A stretch of DNA of 64,000 nt from Klebsormidium nitens (taxonomy: Eukaryota; Plantae; Klebsormidiophyceae). The DNA lies in assembly GCA_000708835.1 (NCBI GenBank), contig DF237454.1, forward strand, positions 1 through 64,000. The letters run 5' to 3'. The notes beneath the pieces are model-generated. The model made no database searches. It was not told the origin of the DNA and saw only the letters and a list, made by a program, of their open reading frames with translations. This document shows positions 49,101-60,100 of the stretch, piece by piece (the first letter of the stretch is position 1; the number at the start of each line of letters is the position of its first letter). A program made the position numbers and the translations under genes.

Positions 49101-52100
49101 CGCCAAAGCCCGGGAAAAGCGCAACCAGGCCGAAAACAAGGCCTCCGCCAAAATCGAGTCAGACGACGAAGACCGACCGCTCGCGTCGCTCGCCACGAAT
49201 CGGAACAGCGGAACCGGAACCGGCGAGGCCCTGTTGGAGGTCAAGGCGGAGGTGAAAGAGGACGCAGAGCTGGCGATCGCAGCGAACCTGGCCGAAAACA
49301 GGGCCCCCAAGGAGGAAAACGAGGAGACCGTCCGTTTAAAAGCGTTTGCCGCGAAGCACCGGAACGTGAGCAAGAACTGGACGGTGCCGCCGCGGTTTCC
49401 GGACCGCGCGGTCGTGGCGGCGTACACGCGTCCGAGGGTGGATACGTCAGAGGAGAAGTTCGAGTGGGGGCGGCCGGACCTGGAGGCGCTGCACCAGTTC
49501 TGCTTCGAACGGGTGAGCGGAACGGACTTGCCGCAAATGGTGCAAATGTCGTTTGCGTCTCTTTTGTTGTTCATGCAGTTTGCTCCTTGGGAGAGAATCA
49601 AAGACGTTGCTTGCTCGATTGTCCAATTCTCTCAATGTTCTGAGTGTTTCTTCGTCCACGGTCGTGACTTCAACTGCCTGACATGCCTCGTGCCTTGATA
49701 AGGCTGACTTGACGGAGAAGATGCTCAAACAGGAACTTCAGTTCACGAAAATGTGGAGACTTGAATTCTTGTCGTGACTTGCGTACCTGGTCAGAGCGGT
49801 TCGGGCGATAGGCGTACTCTTTTGATCCGGCTCCCTTTCACCCGCGTACTAGTCTTGGCGCGGAAAAGCATGTCGGAAGGGCATGCCAATTTTAAATCTC
49901 AGATTGTTTTCGTCACTAGCTTTCAGTCAAACTTGCTCAGTTCACTGTGACTGCTACGTGTGCTTCAAGTGCTCCAATGTCTGCACGCAGTTTTCGTGGC
50001 GCAAGGACAAGTCGGACGAGATCCTGCAGCCGGTGGTGAAGGCGTTCGACGCGCACGAGTCCCAGACGCGCCTCGAGTCCTTCTTCGGGTTCAGCCAGCG
50101 ATTTGCCAAGATCCGCTCCAAGCGGATTGCGAAGGCCGTGACCGGAATCACCGGAAAGAAGAACGCGGAACTCATGGCGGACGAAATGGAGGCGGCGCCA
50201 GTGAAGAAGGGCCGGAAGAAGAAGAGGGACGGGAAGGCTATAGAATCCGGAAGTGCACGGGAGAACGCGGCTGAAGCGGGAACTACGAGAGAGGCGGCAC
50301 CGGCCAGGATTGGCGGCAACAAAGAGACGAATGGGAAGCTTATCGAGTCAGGAGCGGAAGGGGAAGAAATAGCTGAAGCGGGAACTTCTAGAGGTGTCGA
50401 GCTGGATCCGGAAATCGGAAGGAGTATCGAGAAGGCGGCTCGGTCGGTGGGCAGGGGTGCCGGGAGGGGAACACGTGGGAGGGGTAAGGCCGCCCCACGT
50501 GGAAGAGGCGAAACGGGGACGCGTGGCAGAGGCCGTGGTCGGGGAAGGGGAGCCGAGGTTGAGAGGGCCAAAGAACTAGGAACGGGACAAGCGGATGTGT
50601 TGAACGGGGGCCCTGCCGAAGCGGCCGCGCCGCCATCGAGAAGGGTGAGCTTTTGTATATAGTTTTCAGCGTTTGGGTTGCTTTTGTGGTCTCGTGGGAG
50701 CATTGCGGAAGGGGATTCAGATCGCTTTGGATGCATTGCGGATGGTCTATTGGACAGCGTTCTGTTGATTGGCAATAGGTCGGCCGTTGGTTTCCACCTG
50801 CCGCTCTTTTAGAGCTTCCCTGACAACTCAACACTCAAATATATGAGTCGTGAACATGAATCCACTTGTCTGTTATTGAGCCGACCGGGTGGTACTACGG
50901 CGGACGTCTTACTCTCTTGTCACAGCCTCCGCGAATCCGGGAATTACTCACAAGCAACACAGCTCGGTCAAGCAGCTGCTTAGTGGAAGTCGATCGTACT
51001 TGACAAATTGTCACTTCGTAGAGCAACTCTTCCAAAGATCTCACTGAGCGACTCGCGGTCTCTCATCCTCCGAAGGCTCACCCCTGTCTTTCTGCACAGT
51101 CGAAGCGACAGAGAGCGCAAGTCGCCTACGCAGAGCCGTCGATCGAGCATTCGGACGCCAGCGTGAGCGACTACCAGCTGTCCGATGACGATCCGGACGC
51201 GTCGCCCAGCAAGCGGCCGCGGGGTTCAGGGTCCAAGGACCGGGAGACGCGCCTTCTGCAGGCCGCTGAGGCGGTGGCGGCCGCGAAGCCGCGACTTGCC
51301 GGGGTTGGAGGGGTTTCGGATGAAGCTCCGCTGAGAGAAGTGCGGTCCGGTGACGCGACGGCGGCTGCGGACGAATTGCTCGGGGGAGCGAAGGGTTTTG
51401 CGGTCTCAGAGGGTTTGGAGGTTTCGGAGGCGGCCGCCGTCGAGGCCCGGGAGAGCGGGGGAGGGTTCGTGTTGGAGGAAGATGACGTTACTGCTGACGA
51501 GGAGGCGCTGCATGGGGGGGGCGGGTTCGTGCCGGACGAAGAAGAGGAGGGGATAGAACCGGGTACTGCGGACGGAGGGTTAGGGAAGGTTGACGGAACC
51601 GGGGAGGGTTTGCGGACGGAAACCGGGGAGGTTTCTACGAGAGACGGGGATGGGAGCGGGGGCGTAGACGATGCGGTGTTGCGGCTCACGAGCGATCCCG
51701 CAGACTTCGCTTCTCGGTTGGAAGAAACAATGGCGCAGCCTGACGGGGGGGTGGACAAGCCCAGCGGGCGCCAGTTCCTGACCCCCCTGAAACGTAAGAA
51801 GCAGGTCCGTTTTCAGGAGGACAGGGAGAAGCCCGAGCCAAAAGCGCCCAGACCGTCGCTGTACCTTGGCGCTGCGAAGGGCCCTGTGTCTGGCAGTGTT
51901 GACGGGGTTACGCCTGGGATTGGTGCGGGACCGGTGATGACAGGGCCTGGGATGCTTCCTGTGCAACCGGGGGGGGCGCCGGTTGGCGGCATGGTTTGGA
52001 TTAACCGGGGGCCGGTACTGAATCTGTGGGTGGCGGTAGTTGCAGTGCGGCAGGGGTTCTCGTTCGAAGAGGGGCTATCGTTTGGGAAAGCGGTGACTAC

Positions 52101-52515
52101 GATGTACGCGCAAACGAAGGGACGCAGGCTGGGGATCATCAAAGGGGGGGGTGCGGAAGAGCAGGAAATGGAGGGGGTGGAAATGTATCGAGTGTTCAAC
52201 ACGGAGCTCCCCGCCAAACGGCTGAAAGACGGGCTCCAAGCGGTGAGCGAGAACCGGCTCCTCGCGCCGGGCCCGATCAAGGCGTTCCTCAGCAAGGCCT
52301 TTGCGCATAACTGGGCATCGGCCCGGGCGGCTATGGAGTTGCTGGCGGGCACTTATGATCCGGAGGAACTAGGGGCGGAGTGCTACAATCTGTATGTAAG
52401 ATTCAGGCCCAGCATTCAGGACGGAGTAAAGGGGTGGGGTCAGAAGGGGCTGCTAGATTTGGGCTTCATCTCGGGCACGCTGGTCAGGGAGAAGCAGGAA
52501 AGAGGGCCGCTCTAA
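40126..52515 (+). CDS. UVH3: XPG/ERCC5/RAD2-family structure-specific endonuclease (UVH3-like), about 2,600 codons, with an extra C-terminal domain
   Basis: Exons 40126-40213 ([29 protein letters not shown]), 40841-41060 (DASIW...[14 protein letters not shown]), 41447-42487, 42990-46447 (spans an N gap), 47281-47538 ([14 protein letters not shown]...[12 protein letters not shown]), 48382-48524 ([10 protein letters not shown]), 48978-49512 ([10 protein letters not shown]; [11 protein letters not shown]), 49991-50644 ([22 protein letters not shown]) and 51100-52515. All visible junctions are phase-compatible. XPG-N, XPG-I and H3TH motifs are intact. Confidence 0.92.
43733..44237. other. Assembly gap (505 N) inside the G-rich XPG spacer exon
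   Basis: Run of N flanked by G-rich low-complexity coding sequence. Confidence 0.99.
46486..46630. repeat. Degenerate short tandem motifs (cgttgtcttatg x4; gaggtacggttgctc x2) just inside an XPG intron
   Basis: cgttgtcttatg at about 46487 and 46507, with variants at about 46547 and 46567. gaggtacggttgctc at about 46593 and 46631. Confidence 0.7.
47654..48180 (+). repeat. Tandem array of 3-4 progressively decayed copies of the 3' end and donor of the XPG-I catalytic exon
   Basis: gcagtgcgcggcaatggataagatggggct..gacggacgatagcgacgt..tt.gg.gccaag|gtggg at 47457 (true exon), 47654 and 47819, with fragments at 48014 and 48116. Confidence 0.92.
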
Positions 52516-53725
52516 CAGGCTTCCGTATGTTCAAGTTCATACTGTGTACTGCGTGTTGGATGAAAAGTTCGGTTGTGGTCCTCGCTTGCAGGCGGACAGC
52601 TCAGGATGATCATTCCAGTCATCATTGGTTGTTTCCTGTTCATTCGTGACTACCAACTTGGCAAGCTGGACGTGTGTCGGAACCTCGATGATCATGGGCT
52701 CGATCATTTGTGGCGCTCCTTTGGGAGACTGTAAATAGCCACCGTATGTTCCTTACTGCGATCCTTGTGCAGTGGTTGATGACGGGTGGGCATCATGGGT
52801 CATAAGCGTCTTGATTGAAACGTTCCACCTCAACTCTAGCTAGAAGGTTAAGTTACTCTTCATTCGACAAAAAAACACGTACTCATGGTACGTATACTTA
52901 GGGACTCACACAAATAATTATGGTAGGCGCAATCTTCCCATGTTTCAAATCGAAACACACCTTATATATAGATGCCAGCACGTCATGATCCATGCAACGG
53001 TTCCACATATTCTCCCGTGGAAGTATTGCATGAAAGTCCCATGAAAGTCCCTAGTCCTAATCGTGAATGGACTACTTCTCAAACATATCGCCGTATTGAA
53101 GGGAACATGCTCAAGGCTCGCGTCGGAATGGACGGCGTTGTCGGAAGCTCAAGCGGCCAGCCTCGCCTCCGACAGTTAGTGCGCCAGCTAGACATTCGCC
53201 GGCCGCGCCCGATCATAGGTGCGGCCGCGCGGTCGCACCCGCGGCTAGATCCAGAGGCCAGCCATATGTACAATCTCGAGCTCAGCTGCAGTCTCACAGC
53301 ATTTGTGCGCTGGGTGAGGCGCCACAATCCTCTCTTATCCCACGGAGCTAGTCGCAAGGGGCAACATTGGCTTGGCTAGAAAGGTGCCCCTACAGGATCA
53401 GCCGCATAGCGGCAGCTGCTGGGCGGTTCAGCTCGGCAGCTCGTTCCCATGCTGCTCCTAAGAACAGTGAGTTGTTGGGAGATCTCATTCTCAGGCAACA
53501 GAGTAAGCTATCAGCTTAGAGGTTGTCGGAAAATACCAGAATCAGCATCCTCTAAGCAATGCTGTGCGTGGGGCTGTAAGCTGGATTCAAGTCACGATCT
53601 GCAGGCGTAGGATCAGCTGATACTGCGAAATTGTCTTGCAAAATTGCTGCCAAGACATCCTGGCAGGCAGCCCTGAGCTGCAGGAGCTGCTGCTGCTGAA
53701 CACTTTGATTGCACGTCTGCATGCA

Positions 53726-54805
53726 ATGGCGGCATCGGATGCTGCCAAACTAGAGAAGACTATTGGGCAAACCAGGGTCCTGCTATTCTGGCCAAACATC
53801 GTGGACTATGTCAGAATAGTCATGGCAGTTGGCACTTTCTTTGGGCCCTGGGACCAGAGAGAGCAGCCGCTGCTGTTTGCTGCACTCTACGTGGCGGGAT
53901 TCTTTCTAGATGGTGTAGATGGCATTCTCGCAAGAAGCCTCAATCAGGTACGTCCATACGTTTATGATTGATTGGTGGTGATGGCTGGCCACTGGTTGAC
54001 CCCCATCCATAGATTCTACTTTTTGGTCTGCCTTGCCATGAATCTGTGGCGCAGGTGCTTGGCCTGCAGCGATCCTATTCTGGTGCCACATCTTTCACTT
54101 TGAGCACCTCGACAACCTTGCAAACTGAGAACCGTCTCTTAAAGTTAGATCAAAGGTGGTGCTACTTAAGATACAGAATCGGTGTCGCCTCTTCATCTGC
54201 AAGGACATACTCTCGAAACTCCATTTTCAATCGATCTTGGACCCAGAGTCATAAACGAAGTTGAGGTGCTCATAAGAGACACGCTGAGATGAACATGTTA
54301 GAAGTCTGTTAGATTCGTTTCTTCTTTTCCGCAGGTTTCTTCCTTTGGAGCCTTTCTGGACGTGTGCATAGACAACGGGGTGCGACAAGTGATGTGGACA
54401 ATGGCTGTCCCGGGTCCAGTCGGATGCTTGCTTCCCGCTCTAGAGTGGCTAGTTTTAGCGGCTACTCACAGCCAAGGGGGTGCAGCCTGGAAGGAAGGGT
54501 GCTTCAGAGATGCACCTTGGTGGGTGACCAGTGTTGTGAAGAACGGGTTCAAAAGCCCATCAGGAGTCCTTTGCATTGGGGGCCTTCATTTTCTGCCGTT
54601 GTGGTTGTGGCTACGGCAACATGTAGATAAATCCAGTGACAGTCGGAGCAGCTCTGCTGCCCCGTCCCTCTTTCTGTTTTTGGGTGTGTTTTTTGTTGCA
54701 GGCAGGGCGTATTGTTTCTTTGTGGAGCTGTGGACCTTGCAGCGGCATCTGGGGTCCCTCCTAAAAGAAGACGAGAAAGGAGCTTCTCATCGTAAGAAAA
54801 CTTGA
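53726..54805 (+). CDS. CDP-alcohol phosphatidyltransferase (phosphatidylinositol synthase-like); 2 exons, about 230 aa
   Basis: Exons 53726-53947 and 54335-54805 (phase 0). The family signature DxxDGxxAR...GxxxDxxxD is FLDGVDGILARSLNQ|VSSFGAFLDVCID. The N-terminus VLLFWPNIVDYVRI is PIS-like, and there are several hydrophobic helices. Confidence 0.88.
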
Positions 54806-55299
54806 CATATTATCCTGTGCGCTCAAATCAAGCTTCCAAAACGCATGAGCTGCCTTGCTTTTGATTAAACAAAATGCTTATTAACTATTATTAGATTATT
54901 AGATCATGAACGAACGATATTAGATTATGCTACAAAACGTGCACTGGTTGTTTACGAGACTGGATAACGGTTAACGATCCACGGTCGATTTGTATCAAGT
55001 CGAATGACAGTAATCGAAATCTCCTCAGGAATGCTAGTAAGCTAGAAATCTCTGGCCTGACAAAACGCATACATGGATGTTCATTTTGCATGTGACGGTA
55101 TGATAGTAAACGATAACACCAGGGCAATGATTCGCTGAATCAACTTAAAGAGGGCGTCTACGTGACGTCAGCACCGGTCACTTAAAGCAGAGAGTTTTGC
55201 TCGGGGAAAACACCGCTGATACCAATTTCAGGCGACTGCGTACCACAAATCCATGCTTCGATGTCGCTTCTGTGACGTCATGTGTACGTCAATGGTGTA

Positions 55300-55377
55300 C
55301 TTGAGATCCTCATCGAACAGGGCGAAGATGTAGGATTTGACGGTGCGGTTGGGGTACCGCGGCGTGCCCTGCCCACT
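55300..55377 (-). pseudogene. Isolated fragment of a GH17 glucan endo-1,3-beta-glucosidase C-terminal region
   Basis: Translates as SGQGTPRYPNRTVKSYIFALFDEDLK, matching the conserved GH17 segment GTP..P......YIFA(L/M)F(N/D)E(N/D)LK, with GC3-rich codons. I found no other GH17 motifs (such as IGVNYG or the catalytic VGNE and SETGWP) nearby. Confidence 0.7.
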
Positions 55378-55855
55378 TGCAAGGGGCGAGACGCTGTAGG
55401 TCAGGTAGTCGCTCGTATAGGACCGGTCCTGCGACGCCCTCTTTAACGAGTCAAGGAACGCCAGCAAAAACAGCCTGATCGAGTGCTGAGTCTGCACGAA
55501 TTAGTCGAAATTCGAAAATCCATGTGCATATGCATAAACAACGTACTAAGTCATTCAGTAAAATCATGGTGTATATGCGTAATTTCATTTTGCAACGTGC
55601 TTGCTACCGTCCCGGCCATGAGTGACCGTCTGAGTCATCGACTTGCAGCTAGCAGCTAGCGCTGAAGTACGATACAATCATTTGCATGCATCGCCGCGCA
55701 CGGTCCAATGCCACTTTGACCGCATGCATTAAATTTCGCAATAGCGCGCAGGCTCGATCAGCTCTCCAGGCCGGCCGCCCGCGCGCTCCGGTGGCCGCTA
55801 GTATGAGTCCATGCCATGATACATATGCACGTCGTCGGCTGATCTCAAACGGCTA

Positions 55856-55914
55856 CCGAACTGAGTTTCTTGAGAATTTTGACTTCCGAACTGAGTTTCT
55901 TGAGAATTTTGACT
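55856..55914. repeat. 30-bp tandem duplication
   Basis: ccgaactgagtttcttgagaattttgact occurs at 55856 and 55886. Confidence 0.92.
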
Positions 55915-56281
55915 ATAGTAAGGCTAGACCGATCGGACTGGAATTCGCATATATGCATAACAAGCGCGTCGGATCGATCGAATGATTGCAATACTTGATT
56001 ATATAACTCGCGTTTTAATCGTGTCGACTCTTGTAAATCTTGAGTCTTAGTATCCCTTCGTACATTGTTTGACATGATTGAACGAAACTATTCAGATGAC
56101 ATTTTGCCCTAAGTATCCACAAGCATACTCCAAATCTTTCTTCATGCATGCAAGGGCGTCCTCGGCACTCGCTTGCGTACCAAAGACGACCCCGTCTGAA
56201 TCTTCAATCACGTCAAAGATTCCTCATCTGAGTTTCCCTCAATTCAAACACACCGAGCCTCTAGCACAAAGCTGAGACCAG

Positions 56282-57147
56282 CTATGCCGGCGGTTGCTCG
56301 GCCCTTTTTAGAATACTCGTAATTAGGGGCACCTTGTCCCCAAGCCACAGCGCCCTGTGAGTGTGGTCACCGAAGTCGTCTCCGGTGTGGGGGTGAATGA
56401 GCACCGAGTGCACTCCGTGATGGACTTGGATCCAGGGGACGAACTCGGCGAATTGGGCGGGGGTCCGCATGTCCACCTCGAACATTCCCTGCACGGTGAG
56501 ATGAGACAACGCTCGTTCCTTGACTCACTGAGTGCTGAAGCATCACCCATTTCGAGCCTCGAACTCTAAGTATCATTCGATGCTGAGGACAAGGGACCAA
56601 AAAGCAGCTGAAAGAACGTCAACTGAGGAAGTGGATACCTGGTTTTCCAAAATCGTGGTCTTGTCCTAATCTTCATCCACATGCCACTTTGATTAATCTG
56701 GAAAGTGTCCGAAATCAAGCCCCTTATATTTCAGAACCCCTCACCTACGCCTCCGCTCGGTCTCGTTCCTGCTACGAGCAGGTCAACACGTCTTCATTGG
56801 GTGCACAAGTGGAACGAAGCTGATGCTTTTATTCGGTCCTTGACCAAGATCGAAATCGATCCCCTGAGAGAAGCTTAAATCTATTCGTACGTCCCTATCA
56901 CGGATGGTTCTGCGAACATGAATCAACATCAGATTCCGGAACCTTTGAAGAAACTCACCGTCGGGTGTGGTCCGATGGGCTTCTCCCAGAACTTATAGAC
57001 TTCCAGGTGCGGGAACTCCTTGATGATTTCCTCGCGGAGGGCTTTTGCGGAGGCTGACGAGGCGGGGTTGTCCTGGAAGAAGTAGATGTGCGCATCGTAC
57101 GACTTCACCGGCTCCGCAAAGCTGGTGGGAAAGGGCTCCGCAGCCAT
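56282..57147 (-). CDS. DOPA 4,5-dioxygenase family protein (fungal/bacterial DodA type, DOPA_dioxygen family); 2 exons, 131 aa
   Basis: Exons 57147-56959 (MAAEPFPTSFAEPVKSYDAHIYFFQDN...KPIGPHPT) and 56488-56282 (GMFEVD...SVLIHPHTGDDFGDHTHRALWLGDKVPL), phase 0. The motifs YDAHIYF, PIGPHP, SVLIHP.TG and DH...ALWLG are characteristic of this family, with the metal-binding His residues intact. Confidence 0.88.
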
Positions 57148-60100
57148 GGCTCGTGTCTGCGCAAAAGAGTGAGCAATAAGACTGGTGTGCCGTATTTCGG
57201 ACTTTTTCAACTTCGGACGGGCAAAGCCGAAGTTCAATTCCTTACTATCAGCTCCTGTCTGCGGCCGCACACGCAAGTGTATAACTAAGTGTCGTGCACG
57301 GTTCATCTCCAGATGGTAGTTTTCAGCGCAACATTGAAAACCGAAGCGCACGAGCAGTCGCAGACTGGTTTCATTGAGTTCGAGTATGAGTTCCGGGTTC
57401 GTCCGATCGAATTTAGATCGTCCGAATTGGGGCGCACCAGTTTTAGTTGCTCAGAAAGAAAGTCAGAAATGGCAAATTAGTGAATCAACTTCAACCTCTG
57501 ACCTCTCAGGGGTACCATCTAGGATAGTCATGGGCTTTGCGATCAGCAGTACCAGCATGAGATGTTGACGATTCTTTAGTCAATGTTGGTAAGAGCAGAT
57601 TAGGACAGCCAGTGCGAGTGGGTTTGCTTGATAAAGCAGAGCTTGTCAGCATCCACAGACCTTCTCCCAATCTGGAGATCCCATCAATGTCTTTGAAGTT
57701 TGAGCAATCAAGTTGCGTAAAGAGACTGCAAATCAGAGTAGCAGGTTAGTCAAGCAGAACCAAAGCTTACCCTGGAGTAAAGCCTTTGTGGAGGCTGGTC
57801 CAAAGAGAAACGTTGTTTCAAGCAGCCTGCTTGGCTAGCCTTCTTCAAGATCTGTCTGCCTAACTGAGGCGCTGCATTCAACAACCACAAAATAGATTCC
57901 ATTTAAATGAAAAAGCAGGTAAGCACCAGGCTTCCGCTCACTCTAGAAAGATTGATAAGGTCAATCACATAACTCTTTATAAGCGGGTCTGAAATTGCAC
58001 ATTTTTCGTGGTAGCTCGTCAAATATTGAGGCCTTGCAAGAAGCTTCTAATCCCTGAAAGCCAGTCTCAGTGATCTGAGGTGGCGATCACTACTGAAAAT
58101 GTTTACGGCAGGAAACAAGGTAGTGGAGAGACTATTACAAGGCCCTGTAGCATGGAAAGAACACAGTTTACAAGCCACGGATCATCAGGGTGCTTCACAG
58201 AGCGGTAGTTTTCTATTATTTTCCACAATAATAGACTTATTACCACCATTGTAACCAGGGAGACTAGACAAGAATTGCTCCTTCCTTATCTTTATGCTTT
58301 TGCAATCGCCTTCAGATTGGTTCAGAAAGAGGAATGTCGTGCCGTCACTGACAGCACACATGCCAGCAGCAGAAGCCCGCAACCTTTAGGCAAACAGTAC
58401 AGATGTACCAAAGATCACAGAGCTCCTTCTTGCCCAGCTCCTCACGCTTCAGCCAAAGCTCACCTGGTGTTGTTGCGAACAGGTCTACGAGTGATTGCTG
58501 GAGTCGGATCCCCCGAACATTGCAAGCCATGCAGCAGCTCCTTCAAGTCAATCAGGCGACAGCATTGCCAAGCGCACAGCCCGTTCTCAGCCCTCCGTTT
58601 TCATGCAGATAATTTGATCCCGCCTACCACTCCTGTGATGCTTCCGTCATCAGGTGCTCCCTTAATTGACCATGGCCGCCTTCCAACTTCCACCACTCCC
58701 TCTGTCAGCCGTCACGAGATTGAAGTACCTAGACCTGAAAACTCAAGGCAGTGGCAGAATTCTTGATCGGCTGCTCTCTCTTTGTCGCTCTCCGAGGGAC
58801 CCCTCCCAAGCTACCGGCAGGTTGAAGTTACCCCGAGCTGGCACCTTTGCTCCCGACCGCAGGCGCGGTTGCTGTCCGACCCTTCGAGACCGCCAGATAG
58901 GCGCCGGTGAACACCAGCCGGGCACAACACCCAAACCGACCAGAGCTCGGGGCACGAATTGCACGGCTGGGCCCGTGAGTAGTCACGGTTCTCCCCGCGC
59001 CCGCGCGCGTAGCGCGCTGCCCCAGCATGGAAGTGAGCACTGCATGGACACTCTGGAGTCTGGAATCCAGTCTCGACTCTCCACTCTCCAGTCAATCAGT
59101 CCAGGCAGCGGGGGAGAGGAAGTCATGGCGGCTGCAATCCAGAGCACGGTTGCTTCGGGGCTCGCTGCCGTTGCGCAGCTTCCAACCGACACTGCTGTTC
59201 CCAGGAGGCACAGCAGTGCCTCTTGCATCACTTCGCGTATCGGGCGGGACTCTGCATTTGTGCCGCTAAACAGATTGCATGCTCAAACCCTATGTAGACC
59301 GATGACGGACGAGGGCAGGTCTAGCCGGGGTCCGGTTAGGGCACTTTTTGGAGGTAAGCATCATCTATAAGGGTTGGGTCAAGCGACATACCCACATTGT
59401 GGCGCCCGCAGCCATTCCGGTGACATAGCTCTATGAAAGATACTTTTTGAATGCGAACGCCTTAGTTGGCCTGCTGTCTTGAGATTTTTCGGCTGAAGTG
59501 CTATCGTGTTTCATCTTAACCAGAGTCCGACCTTTCCAAAGTGCGCGATGTACAACTGGTAAACCGGCAACTGCTGCTTGAGCTTGTTGTGGTGGTATGT
59601 CCAAAGTGGCGGTCACTTGGAAGTGATTTCATCGACTGCTTGAGAGCCAGGCTAGAAAGGAAGTGATAGTAGATACATAATACCTCAGTCGCGCTGCTCT
59701 GTCATGTCAGAGAAAGTCGCAGACACTTAGATTGGGCATCCAGATTCCTCGTTCTCTGTTCTGTGGAAATGGAACTGGGCGTTCATCATCTCTCCTAAAG
59801 TATCTTAGCGGCCATTCCAGAAATTTGTTACTGGTGGTGTCAGCTGAGGTTCTGCTAATCCATAACCCCAAGTTCAGAACTCTAAGCGTCTTGAAAGGCA
59901 CTCGGTCTGCGTCCTTACTACTGGTCCATGACCAGAAATAGTGGCTTGAACATGATCAGACAGACAGTACCAATCAACTTTTCGAGCCCCGATGAACCAT
60001 TGTTACGTTCTTCTTAGAGGAGCTTTAACGGGTTCCCTTCAATCAGATTCTCACAATAAGTCTATTCTGTAAGATTGTCCAACACTGGAAAATCTTCCTC

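Noticed and set aside
43246-51758. Long antisense and alternative-frame ORFs over XPG (for example 43246-44493, 44530-45423, 49954-50775, 51171-51758)
   Set aside because: These are shadows of GC-rich, low-complexity coding exons or run through N gaps. They are Ser/Pro-rich with no motifs.
55770-55802. GC-rich hairpin followed by CTAG|T, like a Helitron 3' end
   Set aside because: The hairpin abuts CTAG instead of lying about 10 nt upstream, and no matching 5' TC end or second copy can be shown within the window.
16489-57147. Apparent 'terrestrial stress' cluster (EGY2, chlorophyllase, UV-repair XPG, DOPA dioxygenase)
   Set aside because: The genes are interspersed with unrelated ones (BTB, OTU, lipid transferase), and nothing in the sequence shows co-regulation. 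Chance adjacency in a compact eukaryotic genome is sufficient.
58666-59370. 234-aa plus-strand ORF
   Set aside because: The composition is Arg/Ser/Pro/Gly-rich, typical of GC-rich non-coding DNA, with no domain or splice support.
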